From Marsupella aquatica (Eukaryota; Plantae; Marchantiophyta): a DNA stretch of 64,000 nucleotides. Location of the stretch: contig OZ316893.1 of the NCBI GenBank assembly GCA_973895155.1, forward strand, positions 10,111,660 to 10,175,659, written 5' to 3'. This document shows positions 41,031 to 54,000 of the stretch, piece by piece. The notes beneath the pieces are model-generated. The model searched no databases. It saw only the letters and a list, made by a program, of their open reading frames with translations, and had not been told where the DNA came from. Both the position numbers and the translations under genes were made by a program. Each line of letters begins with the position of its first letter. Position 1 is the stretch's first letter.

Positions 41031-41170
41031 ACAAGTCAAGACTCTTACAGTACTCCTATCAAGCATAGTTTTCCAAAGACTCTCAAGGTGGGTAGGATAG
41101 TTTTAAAACGATCAGATTCAAATTTTACAAGTCAAGAGTCCTACAGTACTCCTATCAAGCATAGTTTTGA
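41031..41170 (+). repeat. Direct repeat, about 42 bp, 96-bp spacing
   Basis: ACAAGTCAAGA.TC.TACAGTACTCCTATCAAGCATAGTTTT at 41031 and 41127. Confidence 0.85.
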
Positions 41171-41731
41171 AGAAAAATGATAATTTAAAAACGGTAATAT
41201 TCAAATTTCAAGCCTGAGTTGATCCTGATAAGCCCAAAGAATATTATTATGTACAGTAGATACTCTACTTGACCGCCAGTCAGCACAGTAAAATAATCTC
41301 ACAGATCTTCCATACCGTAGGACCCACTGAGGAAGTTTTGGAGGCATAGACGACCGTCAAAAGTCCGTTGCCTTGCCCTTTTGGCCTAGATCAAACTAAT
41401 TAGGGCTTCCTACGAGATGCCACATCCAGGACAGTAGTATATATGTCACACTTCCAAAAAGGCATTAGTGGGTCGAGAAGCCACATACATCCCTCACCAC
41501 AGCCAACATGGTCCCATCCCATCGAAGAGCGACAGAAAGCAACCTCTAGAGCAGGTGGGTGAGTGAAAGGTCCCTTCCCCAGGACTTATGGTCGTTTTTT
41601 GATCAAATAGAATCCCAAACATTTACCCCAATAAGTTCGAGTAAGTATAGACTAAGCCAAAGCCTCACACTTCCAATTTTTGCTAGAAACCTTTTGCTCC
41701 TTGATAAAGAGGAAAGATTTCAAAGGTAATT

Positions 41732-41932
41732 GGATTGGTAAAAACAATTATTTTTATTTTTATTTTGGAAAATTTAAACCCCATGAACGAAAAGGGGGGA
41801 ACCAGCAAGCCAAGGTAAGCAACAACAGCACCTGGGGGGGTGAAACAGGCCAGAAAGGCAACACAGCAAGATGGACCCTCACCACAGGGGGAAAACTACC
41901 TCAAGCCTCCAAGCCACAGACGGATTGGTAAA
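41732..41932 (-). mobile_element. Short 5'-truncated LINE/SINE-like insertion with an 11-bp TSD
   Basis: GGATTGGTAAA at 41732-41742 and 41922-41932 flanks a (TTTTA)n tail and about 160 bp. On the minus strand that stretch is A-poor and GT-rich, like the 3' UTR of the LINE at about 6040-6147. Confidence 0.6.
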
Positions 41933-44249
41933 GATTTATCCACTTAATCTAACTTCCTTCATTGTTCGTAGATGCAGCTGAGAAAACTCCAAAGCTTCAG
42001 AAATGGTACGTCTACTACTAAAATTTGAAGGGGCATCACCAAGCCAGAGCGATCACCTCTCCTGTCGTGCATGGCTACAGTAGTCCCCTCTCCTGTCGTG
42101 TGTGGCTAGATTACTCTCCTGACATATATAAGTTGCAGAGAAGGAAACCTCAATATGTTCATGGTGTCTTAGTGGGGGTTCTTGCTCACGCTCTCCACAG
42201 AAAAAGAGTCTCCATTATTTATTCAATTCATGGTAGTACAGAGCAGAGCAGAGCAGAGAGGACCCCACTAGTCTTGCTTTTGGTAGATGCCACATCCGCC
42301 CACTATTTGTGCGCGGCGGGTGCCTGGCGTCCATCCCAAAGCATAGAGAAGGGGCAAGGCATTCTCTGCACTGCTACTTACCTGTCAGTAAAATAATGTT
42401 ACCCTCAATACCAGAATAGAAAAGAGAGAGGGGGACAGAGGAGAGGCTAGTCGGTTTTCACAGGGTAGGCCAAAAGACTCCATTGAAGCTGTCCGATCTT
42501 CCTTCTACACTATGATTTGTGATCCAAGTTTATTGTTCATGTTCTAATTTGTACAGTGAACCCATAGCTCGCAATTAGATGGTATCAACTTTCTTTTTAT
42601 AATTTTACGAGGCTTGTGATGGGCAATCCATGGAGCCATAGGTCGTGATTTACCTCATGACAGAAAATTTTGATATGTTTAATATTGTTGTGGCGGGCAT
42701 GAAGGGTATGTCTTGGTACAAGGAGCCCTTGTTGTGGACACACATGGGTATTTGGGCTAGGATTTAACATCCGACAAAATAGAGCTCAAAACACGGCAAT
42801 ACCTGTCTGACTTAGCTTTAATCAGGCCAGCGCAAGGTCAAGAGCTTTAATATTCAGCTGGGAAGATCAGCCACTTTGGAAGCAGTGACTCCGGAGGGAA
42901 GCAAAAATTGGCTACAATAGCTGTGCTCTGTAGAAAGGGGCTCACCGAGCTCCAAACCTTGCAATACCTGTCCCTCCAACTCCAAACAGGCTACCTCCTG
43001 AATTTTAGCAGGGAGGATATGGAGGCTAACCCATGGTCCAAAGGGCAGTTAGCCTAAGGAGGTTATGGCCCATAATCCCCCAACGAGGCCATAGCTTATT
43101 GGGAGCTTAGCGTTTCCCTTGAATGTAGGTTTGCCTGAATTTCACGAGACTATTTTCACCCAAACTTCATAACCTTCAAGCTCACCGGCCAGGGGGTGCT
43201 TGTAATCTTATGACACCAAGCCAGGCTGACCAAGGCTTTCCGTCTATCTATCTAGACATTACAATATCTAATCTTGTCCATTCTGTTTATAAATTGCCAT
43301 CTGGGCAAGGAGAAATTCTGGCTGCTAAAAAATTGTTAATTTAATCAACTTTTAAATACTTTGTCACTTAAGATATTCTAATTTACAATATTGTCACAAT
43401 TTTTCATTATTTAAAAAAATGTCACAGTTTCTTATCTGAATGACAAGTTCACCAAGATAATCAGGGAAACTATATAAAACTATATAGGAAAAGAAGCCTG
43501 AAACACCTCTCTCTCTCTCTCGTGAACAAAACAAATGTAAAAAACTTATGAGTGATTTACAGGTGTGGTGTTGTAACCATGGTGGGGATCACCAGATGGC
43601 AGCACCAGCGGCTCCAGAAGGCAGGAGGGAGGGAGGGAAGGGAGGAGTGGGTCCCATGGGACGTACAGGAAGTGGGGCTGAAGACGTAAAGACCTTATAC
43701 TCCTCTCTACTAGAGCAGTAGTCGTTGTGACCCATAACGGAGGTCGAAGGCAAATTCCATTACAAAGGAAAATTCTCTTCCTCGTCTTCCTCGAGTCCTT
43801 CCTGCCTTCCTTCCTTCCTTCCTTCCTTGGGACCTGGACCGCATTTGCCACGGCAGAAAGCTCAAGCTACTACTCGAGCGTACCGCATCAAAAATCACAT
43901 TCCATCACGTTGCGTCGTGCTTTTGTTGTGCTCGCTTACTTGCGTGCTTGCTTGCTGACTTGTGAGTGCGGACGGAGGGAGGGGAGGCTACTGCTCTACG
44001 ACCGCCAATTCATCCGCAAGGAGCCGAGCCAACCATCATATTCAACGGCATCTTCAAACATTCTCGCCACCCGATCTGTCTGACTTTGTGTCTCTTCTCT
44101 TCTCTTCTCTTCTCTGTCTGCCTGCCCATCGCCGCGATCGCGGGAGAGAGTAGCGCTCGGAGGGTTTGGGAGAGGAGGGCATCCGTGATCGGGGATGCCC
44201 GACAGTAGCAGGCAAAGGTGAAGTCAATCTTCCCCGGTGGGAGTCCAGA

Positions 44250-47200
44250 ATGCACCGAGCCAATAAGGCCCCGTCTTTACTCCGCGCCGGATATGCTGCA
44301 GCATCACATGGTATGCGAGCTGCTGCTGCTCCAGGTTCTGATACCACTGCGTTAGGCTCGACACTCATCTCCCGAGCATCTTCTCGCTTCAACAGATGCG
44401 CGGCGGTCATCGTTCGTGCGCCTGAGTCGTCGGCTACGAGATTAGGCTCTCGGTTTCTGAGTACGATTGCCTCCAATTCGATTCCTAGAGCAGGAGGATC
44501 TGGTTATTCGGTGCTTCTCTCCGGCTCGACGAGCGGTGTTGCTGCACGGGGGCCTATTATTGCTTCGGGAGCTCTCCTCACCTCTAGACCGTCCAGGACA
44601 TACGCCAGCATGGGTACTGAACAGCTTCTTTCTTTCCTTTCCCTTCCTTCCGGCGGGGATGAGTCTCGTTAGCAGTAGTGGATCATCTGACTGTCAATAT
44701 TGAGATTGCTGCATAGCAATTGTGAGTTTCTCGGCCCGCCGGACCCCGTGTGAGGTCGCTTGCAGACGCATGTGGCAGTGCTTGCGGCCAAAGTGGCTGC
44801 TCTGCTTCGTTAGTGATAGGTCGTGGAAAACCGTCCTTTTTCTTCTGATGGCAATCAGACGGGAATTGGTGAGCTTTGTCGAATTAACCTGATTCCCGCC
44901 TCATTACCCTCATCGGCATTCATAGATGCATCTGGCGGTGCTGACGATCGAAGTGGCTGTTCCGCGTTGACGTTGCGGCCGAGAGAAAGCTGTGCTTACT
45001 CTGAGCACGTAATTCAGCCAGGGACTGGAAAGATTGGTTGAATCGTGCATGGAGTTTACAGGTGCATGTGGCATTGTAGACCTAAGCGGCTATTCTGCTT
45101 CATGGTGTTTAGGCGTGGAAAACTGTGCTCACGCTTGATGGCAATCGGATGGTAATTGGGCAGTTCTGTTGATTCTGACCTGAAGCAATCCTGTCTGGTT
45201 ACCCTCATCGCATTGATCTGACATTCATCCACGTTGGCATGTTGAGGGGCTAGCTGTTGATTGGAGGGTTCGTATAAAACTATCGTTTGGATGGATGGGG
45301 AAAGTTCGGCCGTGACTGCGATAAGAGATCCTTGGCCTTGTCGTGCATACGTGGATTTCTCCGATGCCTTCTGGCGAAAATGCGTATTTTTTCTAGTTTT
45401 CGGAGGTCTCTGTGCACAATTTCTCTTCGCCCAGTATTTTGTTTCTGAAATATTGGAGGATTTGGTGTTGCAGCTGAGGCCAATCCATTTAAAAAGGTCT
45501 TGACTGACCTGCCCAAGCCTGGCGGAGGATCGTATGGAAAATATTACAGTCTTCCGAAACTGAACGATGAGAGAATTGGTAAGTTTGATCTCTATTTTGT
45601 AATCACGGAGGAGCGGTGTCGGGTATTGAGGATATTTCTGGCCTTCTTTCTCATTTTAATGACAAGAGTATCGGTGAATGTCTATACTTCACCACCTGAA
45701 ACTAAATTATTGCGGTTTCCGTGACCGTAGATAAGCTGCCATACTCCATAAGAATTCTCCTGGAGTCAGCTGTCAGGAACTGTGACAACTTTTCAGTTTC
45801 GGACAAAGATGTGGAGAAAATTATCGATTGGGAAAAGAGTTCTCCCCAGCAAGTGGAAATTCCCTTCAAACCAGCTCGTGTCATTCTCCAGGTATTTGTG
45901 ATCATTCGTATCCTCGCATTCTCTTGTGTGTACTCATGGAAAGGTAGGTTTTTGGTAGCGTTTCTCTATTGAGGAAATCTCGATCTATTTCGTGTTCCTC
46001 AGCGGAAGGTTGAAATGGTGTCTTGGATTTTTTATTGTCGTTCAGGATTTCACCGGAGTTCCAGCTGTTGTAGATCTTGCTGCGATGCGAGATGCCATGA
46101 AGAGACTGGGCGGTGATCCTCAAAAGATCAATCCTTTGGTGAGCATTTAGATTGTTGTCTGCAATACAAGTCTAGATTCCGAGCGAATCGGAAAGGAGAA
46201 CAGCTGGGAGGAAAAGTTGATGGCTCGTTAACACTGTTGAAGCGGTAGGAAAAACATTCTCAAAGAGAAGTGTATTTCTGGGATTCATTGCGTAATAATC
46301 CCAATTTTGTCTTCGGGGTTGTTTATATCTTGAATGCTTTTAATACTGTGCCAGAACCGCTAGCATTCATCACGAACGACATGAGAGTGGACCATGAAAC
46401 GTTTGAAATTGGGAATGCAGGTTCCAGTGGATCTCGTGGTCGATCATTCCGTCCAAGTCGATGTTACCCGTACCCCTGACGCACTCCAGGCCAACATGGA
46501 GCACGAATTCGGTCGCAATAAAGAACGATTTGCCTTCTTGAAGTGGGGGGCGACAGCTTTCGAGAATATGCTTGTTGTCCCTCCAGGCTCTGGTATTGTG
46601 CATCAGGTTGGTTGCTTTCTTCAGAGGTCTGGTTCTGTCGATTACAGTCCGGTTTTCTTTTGGTTTTGAAATATTAGGGTGAATAGGATATCTGATGAGA
46701 CTCTCCTTTGTGTGCAGGTCAACTTGGAGTATCTGGCACGTTTAGTGTTTAACAGCTCTGGGATCCTCTATCCAGACAGCGTAGTTGGAACAGATTCCCA
46801 CACCACTATGATCGATGGTCTTGGTGTTGCTGGATGGGGAGTTGGTGGTATTGAAGCCGAGGCATCTATGCTTGGGCAGGTCAGTGAGCTGGCGTCCTTG
46901 TACAAATCTTGACTATCCTTGTCATTTGCTGTGATGTAGGTCTTCAAAGAAGATCCGGTGTTCGGAGGACACTGACTGAGTCTGCCTTTCCAACTTGAAT
47001 CTGGTCTCGAGTCTCTTTAAATTGACGAAATGTTGAGTGACAAGATTTGCTATGGTGGTCATGATTACACAGCCCATGAGCATGGTACTTCCTGGGGTGG
47101 TGGGATTCAAGTTGACGGGCAAACTAGAGCCTGGAGTCACGGCAACAGATTTGGTGCTCACTGTCACTCAAATGCTGAGGAAGCATGGAGTGGTTGGGAA

Positions 47201-50200
47201 GTTTGTGGAGTTTTATGGTGAGTTACTCGGTCATCTTTTGTCATATACCAATTATGGAGACCCCCATCTCGTGTTACATGTCCCATTTCTGATTCTGAAT
47301 TGATCACCGTCTGCAGGGAGTGGTATGGGGAACCTGTCCCTTGCTGATCGTGCGACCATCGCCAATATGTCTCCTGAGTACGGTGCTACCATGGGGTTTT
47401 TCCCTGTTGATGATGTCACCCTAGATTATTTGCGTCTCACGGGTCGCGACGAAGAAAAGGTGTTCTCTAATTTAGTCATCTTGATGTGTGCCTAGTCTTC
47501 ATACTTCTTGTGTGTCTGTTGTTGTGGTGGTGGTGGGGGGGGAGGGGGGGGGGGTGGGGCGCTGGTGGCGCGGGTTGCTGGATGAAGTTTAGCAACTCTA
47601 TGGAACTTTGACTGGTGTTTGGTTGGATCTCATAATGTTTACTTAAGAAGAGGACAGCTTTTGTTAACTGTTTCCTATATGAATTCATCGGCAGAATGCG
47701 AAATTGTCGCCTTCCGCGTCGTCAGAAATGATATGATCATCAGGCACGAGTTTCACCGCCTGAGTACATTAAGTAGCACTGCCACTCATCGTCAAATGTC
47801 TGGTTGGATATCTCAGGTGAACCTGATTGAAGCATATCTGCGAGCCAACAATATGTTCATTGATCACAGTCAGGTAAAGTCCCATTGCTAGTGTAGGCGT
47901 ACAACAATTTGTTGTTATTTCAGGGCCCTGATTTTGTCTGGGATGTTTTCCCGAGAGGAACTAATTTGGGAAATATGTCAATGCAGCCTACCGAAGAAAA
48001 TGTGTATACCTCGTATTTGTCTCTGGATCTTTCGACAGTTGTGCCTTGTGTCTCCGGCCCCAAACGGTGAGGCATTTCTAGTTCATGTTTACCAGGATTA
48101 TAAGTACACGTGTGAATGAGGAGCGTCTTTTTCAGATGTGGGCTTGCCCTTGTTGCAAATGTAGATGCGAATTGGTTTATGATGAATAGTTTCGATACCA
48201 ATTGCTAATATTATGATTTGCAGGCCCCATGACCGGGTGGCTTTGAAGGAGATGAAGAAGGATTGGCAGGCTTGCTTGGACAATAAAGTTGGCTTCAAGG
48301 TATGGATGTACATGATTCCGTAATCTATCCTATTAATTTCTCCCTGTTTTATAGTTTGTGAATGGTGTTGACTACTTGGAGCTTCCAACTGTGATCGGTA
48401 ACGTGTGCAGCTGGTATCTATTATCCATTCCATTTGGCCTGTATACTGTCTTGACATGGACACATGTGAAACAATGGATTTTAGGGTTTTGCCATTCCCA
48501 AAGAGGAGCAGGGCACTGTTGCGAAGTTCGACTTCGATGGCGTGCCTGCAGAGCTTCGGCATGGTGATGTTGTAATTGCTGCTATCACTAGTTGCACGAA
48601 TACATCCAATCCAACTGTAATGCTGGGTGCGGGCTTGGTAGCAAAAAAGGCAACTGAGTTGGGCTTACAAGTAATCTTCCTACTCTTGTGCAGAGAAGTT
48701 TCATTTGTTGAGTTTAAGGAATCTGAATTTTGCTTTTCTAGAGTCCTGGTGAATAATTTCCCTTACTGCTATTCTCCCCTGATCCCAAGGGAGTTACTGA
48801 ACTACGGGAGACGGAGTTAAAAAATGCGACTCCTTGGGTTGATGATAGCGATGAATGTTTTATTCATTGTTTATTAATTATGGGAATTTGACAGCACGGT
48901 GCCTTGGTTCTTTGTGGTTAAATTCTGGCAGGTGAAACCTTGGATAAAGACAAGTCTCGCTCCAGGTTCTGGTGTCGTCACCCGGTATCTGGAAGACAGG
49001 TCGAAACACATAACTTTTGTCATTCGCGTATATAAGAGTACAGTGTCTCATTAGGCCAGCTGTAATGATCAAAGGTACTCAAATACGTAAATTTTAATCC
49101 CTGACACGATGGAGGCAACAGATTGTTGTATTAGTCTCCCCCATAGTTTTAATCCCTGACACGGTGGAGGCAACAGATTGTTGTATGAGTCTCCCCCATA
49201 GTTGAATACGTGACGGCCAGGCATTCGAAGTCATGCCGAGGTGAATCATTATGGGAGCGATCTCTGTAAAGTACTAGAAAGGAAGAGCAATTGCATCCGA
49301 AAACTGTTAAATTGAAAATTCAGGGAAGGGACGAAATTGTGTGACCATTGCATATTATTGTCACTTTTTGTTGAAGTGCTATTTTGTTGAAGGGGTGATC
49401 TATATCTTGTATGGTGGGCTGTTATCTGTGTGCAGTGGTTTGAATAAGTACCTCGACAAACAAGGCTTTAGTTTGGTGGGTTATGGGTGCACCACATGCA
49501 TAGGAAATTCCGGCGAGCTTCACGAGGCTGTGTCCGCTGCAATTGTTGACAATGGTACAGCAGTACTCATCATTTTACTCACTGTAGATTTGATAGTTGA
49601 TTGAGCGTTGTGCACTTCAAGTGTGCGAATGCTTGTGTCTGCCTCTTTTCGAAATTATGTCGTCTCCTGTAGCAGCCAGATGGGCACTTGAACGGGGTCT
49701 GCAGGACGGACTTGCATGGGGCTGAATAACTCAATTGGTGATGGAATTCCGTGAATCAGATGTTGTCGCTGGGGCAATTCTGTCGGGCAATCGTAATTTT
49801 GAGGGTCGTGTGCATCCTCTGACACGTGCGAACTACTTGGCTTCTCCTCCGCTGGTTGTGGCTTATGCCTTGGCTGGAACAGTGAGTATCAGCTTAGGCT
49901 GGCCCTTTTTGTGCTCATTCTTTTAGATGAAAATTGTGTGCCCGGTTTCAGAGACTAGATGAAATATTTGTAGATACTTCGGTTGTCAAAATCACCCTCT
50001 TTTGTATTTGATATTGAGTAATCAACTGAGTCCTTCTCGTGATATGAACAGCTCAACATCGATTTTGAAAAGGAACCGATTGGCATTGGCAAAAGTGGAA
50101 AGCCAGTTTTCCTTCGTGACATCTGGCCTAGTACGGAGGACATAGCGAAGGTTTGGTCATGATATAGTTTATTACCTCCTATACACAACAGTGAACTTTG

Positions 50201-51945
50201 AATTGAAAGGCTACTTCATGTCAATGGAATGGTAGCTTTTATAGTTCTGGCACGTTTGCGTTCGTTTGCTCTCCTTCCATATTGTGAATGTCTGGTTTTT
50301 GTGTTCGCATTTTTTGCCAGGTTGAACAAGAGTCAGTTCTTCCTGACATGTTTAAAGCAACCTACAAGACTATCACCGGCGGGAATGAGATGTGGAACAG
50401 ACTTACTGCTCCAGAAGGTTCTCTCTATGCCTGGGATCCAAAATCTACCTATGTGCATGATCCTCCCTACTTTAAGAGTATGACAGCCACCCCACCAGGC
50501 GGAACCACTGTTAAGGATGCCTACTGTCTCCTCAATTTCGGTGACAGTATAACCACGGACCACATCTCTCCAGCTGGTAATATTGCCAAGGAGAGTCCAG
50601 CTGCCAAGTTTTTGATGTCCTTAGGAGTTGATCGCAAGGACTTCAATTCTTACGGAAGTCGGAGGGGGAATGATCTTATAATGGCCAGGGGCACTTTTGC
50701 TAATGTTCGCATAGTGAACAAGTTCCTTAAAGGAGAAGTGGGGCCAAAAACCCTCCATGTTCCTAGCGGCGAGAAAGTGTCCATATATGATGCGGCTAAG
50801 GTACTTGACACATGACAATCTCTGTATCAGTGTTGCTCGAGTCGGTACCTTTTTGTCTTTTGTTTTGTGAGCTAGTTGCAGTCTCTTTGATAGAAGCTAA
50901 ATTTATAACTATATAATCGCAATAGGAAGCCACTCTCAGGGCCTACTACCTAGAGTGAAGCCTCTAGACCGTGACTCTGGGGCATAACTGAAAGTTTGAG
51001 CGCAGGCAGAAAACAGGGATGACCGTGGGGGCAAGTCACTGATGAAAGTGAAACAGTAGGGAGTCTTCTTTTTTTTGCAAGATCTGTGTTTTGTCCTGAC
51101 TTCTATTACGTCCAAAGAACAGGCGGTCAGGCTAGCAAGCACTTAATTTGTGACTTGAATATAGTCCTGCTTGGGAACATTCTGACTTTGCTCGACGTCG
51201 TACAGAAATATCAAGATGAGGGTGTTCCGACGATAATTATTGCTGGAGCAGAGTATGGCAGTGGAAGTTCTCGTGACTGGGCAGCTAAAGGTCCAGCACT
51301 TCTGGTAAGCCAGCTGTTCGATGATCTAGTTGTTCAAAACGGAGCTATAACCCTTGCCTGGCTGTTTTTCTGTAGATGCAAAGTGGGTCTTTTGTTCCTG
51401 CTTTGAGCCCGGACTTTCTGTTGGATGCTTTAATGATCTCGAATATCATCAACATTCAGGGTGTGAAAGCAGTCATCACCAAGAGCTTTGAGCGAATTCA
51501 CCGCAGCAATCTTGTGGGGATGGGAATCATTCCTTTATGCTTCAAGTCAGGAGAAGATGCAGAGTCACTAGGTCTTACCGGATATGAGCGATACACCGTT
51601 CACCTTCCAACAGACACTGAGAAGATCAGACCTGGTCAGGATGTGGAAGTCACTACAGACGATGGGAAGAAGTTCATTACCACTCTGCGTTTTGACACAG
51701 AGGTACTGCATCTCACTATATTTGGATTGTCCCCGATATGGTCCGGATTCAAAAAAAAAAGATCCAGTTGGTTGTGCAATTCCTGATTCCTCTAGCGGGG
51801 ATCCAAGGACTTTTTCAAAGACATTTATTCTCGAATGTGTTACTTACGAAACTGGATGGCGTGGTTAATTGTTCAGGTCGAGTTGACTTACTACAAGCAT
51901 GGGGGCATTCTCCACTACGTTCTGAGGCAGCTTCTGCACAATTAA
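44250..51945 (+). CDS. ACO: Aconitate hydratase (plant AcnA/IRP-type) with N-terminal transit peptide, 20 exons
   Basis: Exons about 44250-44613, 45474-45578, 45731-45891, 46046-46138, 46421-46606, 46718-46879, 47073-47217, 47317-47459, 47817-47873, 47987-48066, 48224-48299, 48485-48670, 48932-48999, 49436-49554, 49760-49881, 50052-50150, 50321-50800, 51206-51304, 51460-51702 and 51877-51945. Motifs: [74 protein letters not shown]. Confidence 0.97.
49092..49203 (+). repeat. 55-bp tandem duplication in an aconitase intron
   Basis: TTTTAATCCCTGACACG.TGGAGGCAACAGATTGTTGTAT.AGTCTCCCCCATAG at 49092 and 49147. Confidence 0.9.
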
Positions 51946-52699
51946 GCTTTCCGTGTGAGTACATATAATTCAGCAGAGGGGATAGTTAATAAGGACTGTC
52001 AAAAGATTCCAAGGAGGACAAGTGCCTTTAATAAATGTTATCGGTGTGACTTGATGGAAGCTGCCAAAGCAGGTCGTTAGGTGTGCAAATTAAAACATAA
52101 TTACTTGTGAAGAGACTGCTGATATTGGATGACACTGATGAAACGTTTGTCTAGGTTAGAGTTTCACAAATGTACGGTAGAGCTGGTCTATTTGGAGGCA
52201 GGGAAAGAGTGCCTCTTCCATCTGCCATGACAAATTCTGACATCTTTATCTCTTGCAGTTAGCCATCTGGCACAGCCTGGTCTCATCAGCCGTAGATTGA
52301 GACGTACCAGATGCAGCTGATGGGTTTGATGATTTGCTGCTTGTGAAGAAGGCTGTTTCATTAACGACTTCCTCACGCACCTCCACGTTAAGAATTTCAT
52401 CCGCAATTTTTTGCGAATGGTGACTCTGGTCGTTTCTGGAAGTCTTTCCACCTATGAGACTGCAGCATCACCCAATAGTCGTGGTGGAAATGAAGGTTGT
52501 GCGTGGGCTCAAAACTTTTGGACGTATTTAGAGTTTTAGAATATGGTTCAATTGTGCCAAAGCTTTTAGTCGAAGCGACTCACTTGTTATGAAGTCGAGA
52601 TCATGTTCATATGTTGTTGTGCACTGTACTCAAGCTGGATCAATGATCTGAAGATCAACAGTGTGCTGGAATCTGCTGGAAGCTCCCAGGTCGTAGGAC

Positions 52700-54000
52700 G
52701 TCGAATGCGAGAATTCTACCTGACTTGTAGATATGTGGAAGGATGCATTCCTTTATAAAAAATCCATGAAGCAAAAATGTTGAGTAGAATAAAGTTGGCC
52801 AACTTTCCTTCGCAATCTTGGATTCTCCTGGACTGCTTCATTCCCGACAGTTACAGGTTTTGTCCCATCGTTTTATAATGCCTCCAGATCACCGCCCTCG
52901 TGAATAAACTAACCTCTTAATTTGAAGCACCTTTGGCTATGGCCAGTAAACTCAGCCAATTCAGGACTTTTGAAACTACTCTTGCTGTGCTTCTTTATCA
53001 ACAGAAGTTGGGACTTCATTGCGATTCTGGTTTGTAGTCTACACGGCATGGAGAGGTTTGGCAGATAGTACAGATGACAGTACAGAGCTTTCTGTGAACG
53101 TTTGTGCCATGTTGTGTTGCCCGTATTATTGAATCGTCTCCGCTCCAAACTTTCCTTTTGGATAGAGTTATTCCCCACCCAATAATGAACGTCTAAAGTT
53201 CCTTCTTGGTCTTCTGGTGTGAGGTAGAGCTTGTTCATGTAGGAATCCAAGGCGGAGTTAAACACGTGGACAAAATGAGTCGAAGTAAGTTTGGCTGGAC
53301 TCGGGCCTTCTGTTTAAGGTGAAACTAGAATTAGAGCCAATGTAAACCAGTATTAGAGCCGGTGTAAATGTTTCAGTGGACGCAAGGCTTATTATGCTCA
53401 TGGTAGCTCACATCCAGGGCAGGGATCACTGCAGTGAGTAGTGCACAGCAGTCATCTTGAGTTCATAGAATGCAACAGTTCGAAAGATACCAAAGATGGA
53501 ATCAAACGTTTTCTCTGAGTCTCATGTTTGCTTGTTTGCTAGTTGGCTTTTTAATTTTTAAGTGCAGTCGAGAATACTTTCGACAGTAGGCGTCCTTGAA
53601 TATTTTCCAGCCACTTGCAAATCCCAACTTGCAGACCGACAAACTTCGCACATGTGGAGGCCACCAAAGACTTTCTCCTGGCTTGCCAAAATGTACGTCT
53701 GCACTAGGGCCAGATGGCCGAATTGAAAAACCTCTACACTTTCGTCCCTGCTCCTTGCATTTGACAATGGGCCATTGACACTAATGTGTCCAGGCGCGTA
53801 CGGTAAGAACCTCTGCAACGCTGTTCTGCGTTTGGCATGGCAGGATGATTCAGACCCACTTTTGGTCCAGAGAATTCAAGTGATATTGACCGCAGCCCTG
53901 AAACCCCTTGTGGATGATATTTTATCTCGTAGAGCATCGGTGCTGGTTTTGCGGTGCCAGGCTGCGATTGGGAAATTTTCCTGACATGGTTGGGAATGAG
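52700..54000 (+). mobile_element. Ancient, heavily degenerate LINE relic (APE endonuclease to start of RT)
   Basis: Fragments in LINE ORF2 order: LVDMW (about 52725), SRI (about 52783), PDHRP (about 52885, cf. SDHRP), LPKCTSALGPDG (about 53690, cf. KSPGPDG) and ILTAALKPLVDDIL (about 53890, cf. ILANRLKPLL). Many stops and frameshifts. Confidence 0.5.

Noticed and set aside
40670-41032. 120-aa minus-strand ORF
   Set aside because: No recognisable family, no ATG start and no splice support.
52909-53265. Minus-strand ORF with DSY...DVHYWVG, reminiscent of a gelsolin/villin repeat
   Set aside because: The match is short and has no supporting exons; the region is better explained as a plus-strand degenerate LINE.
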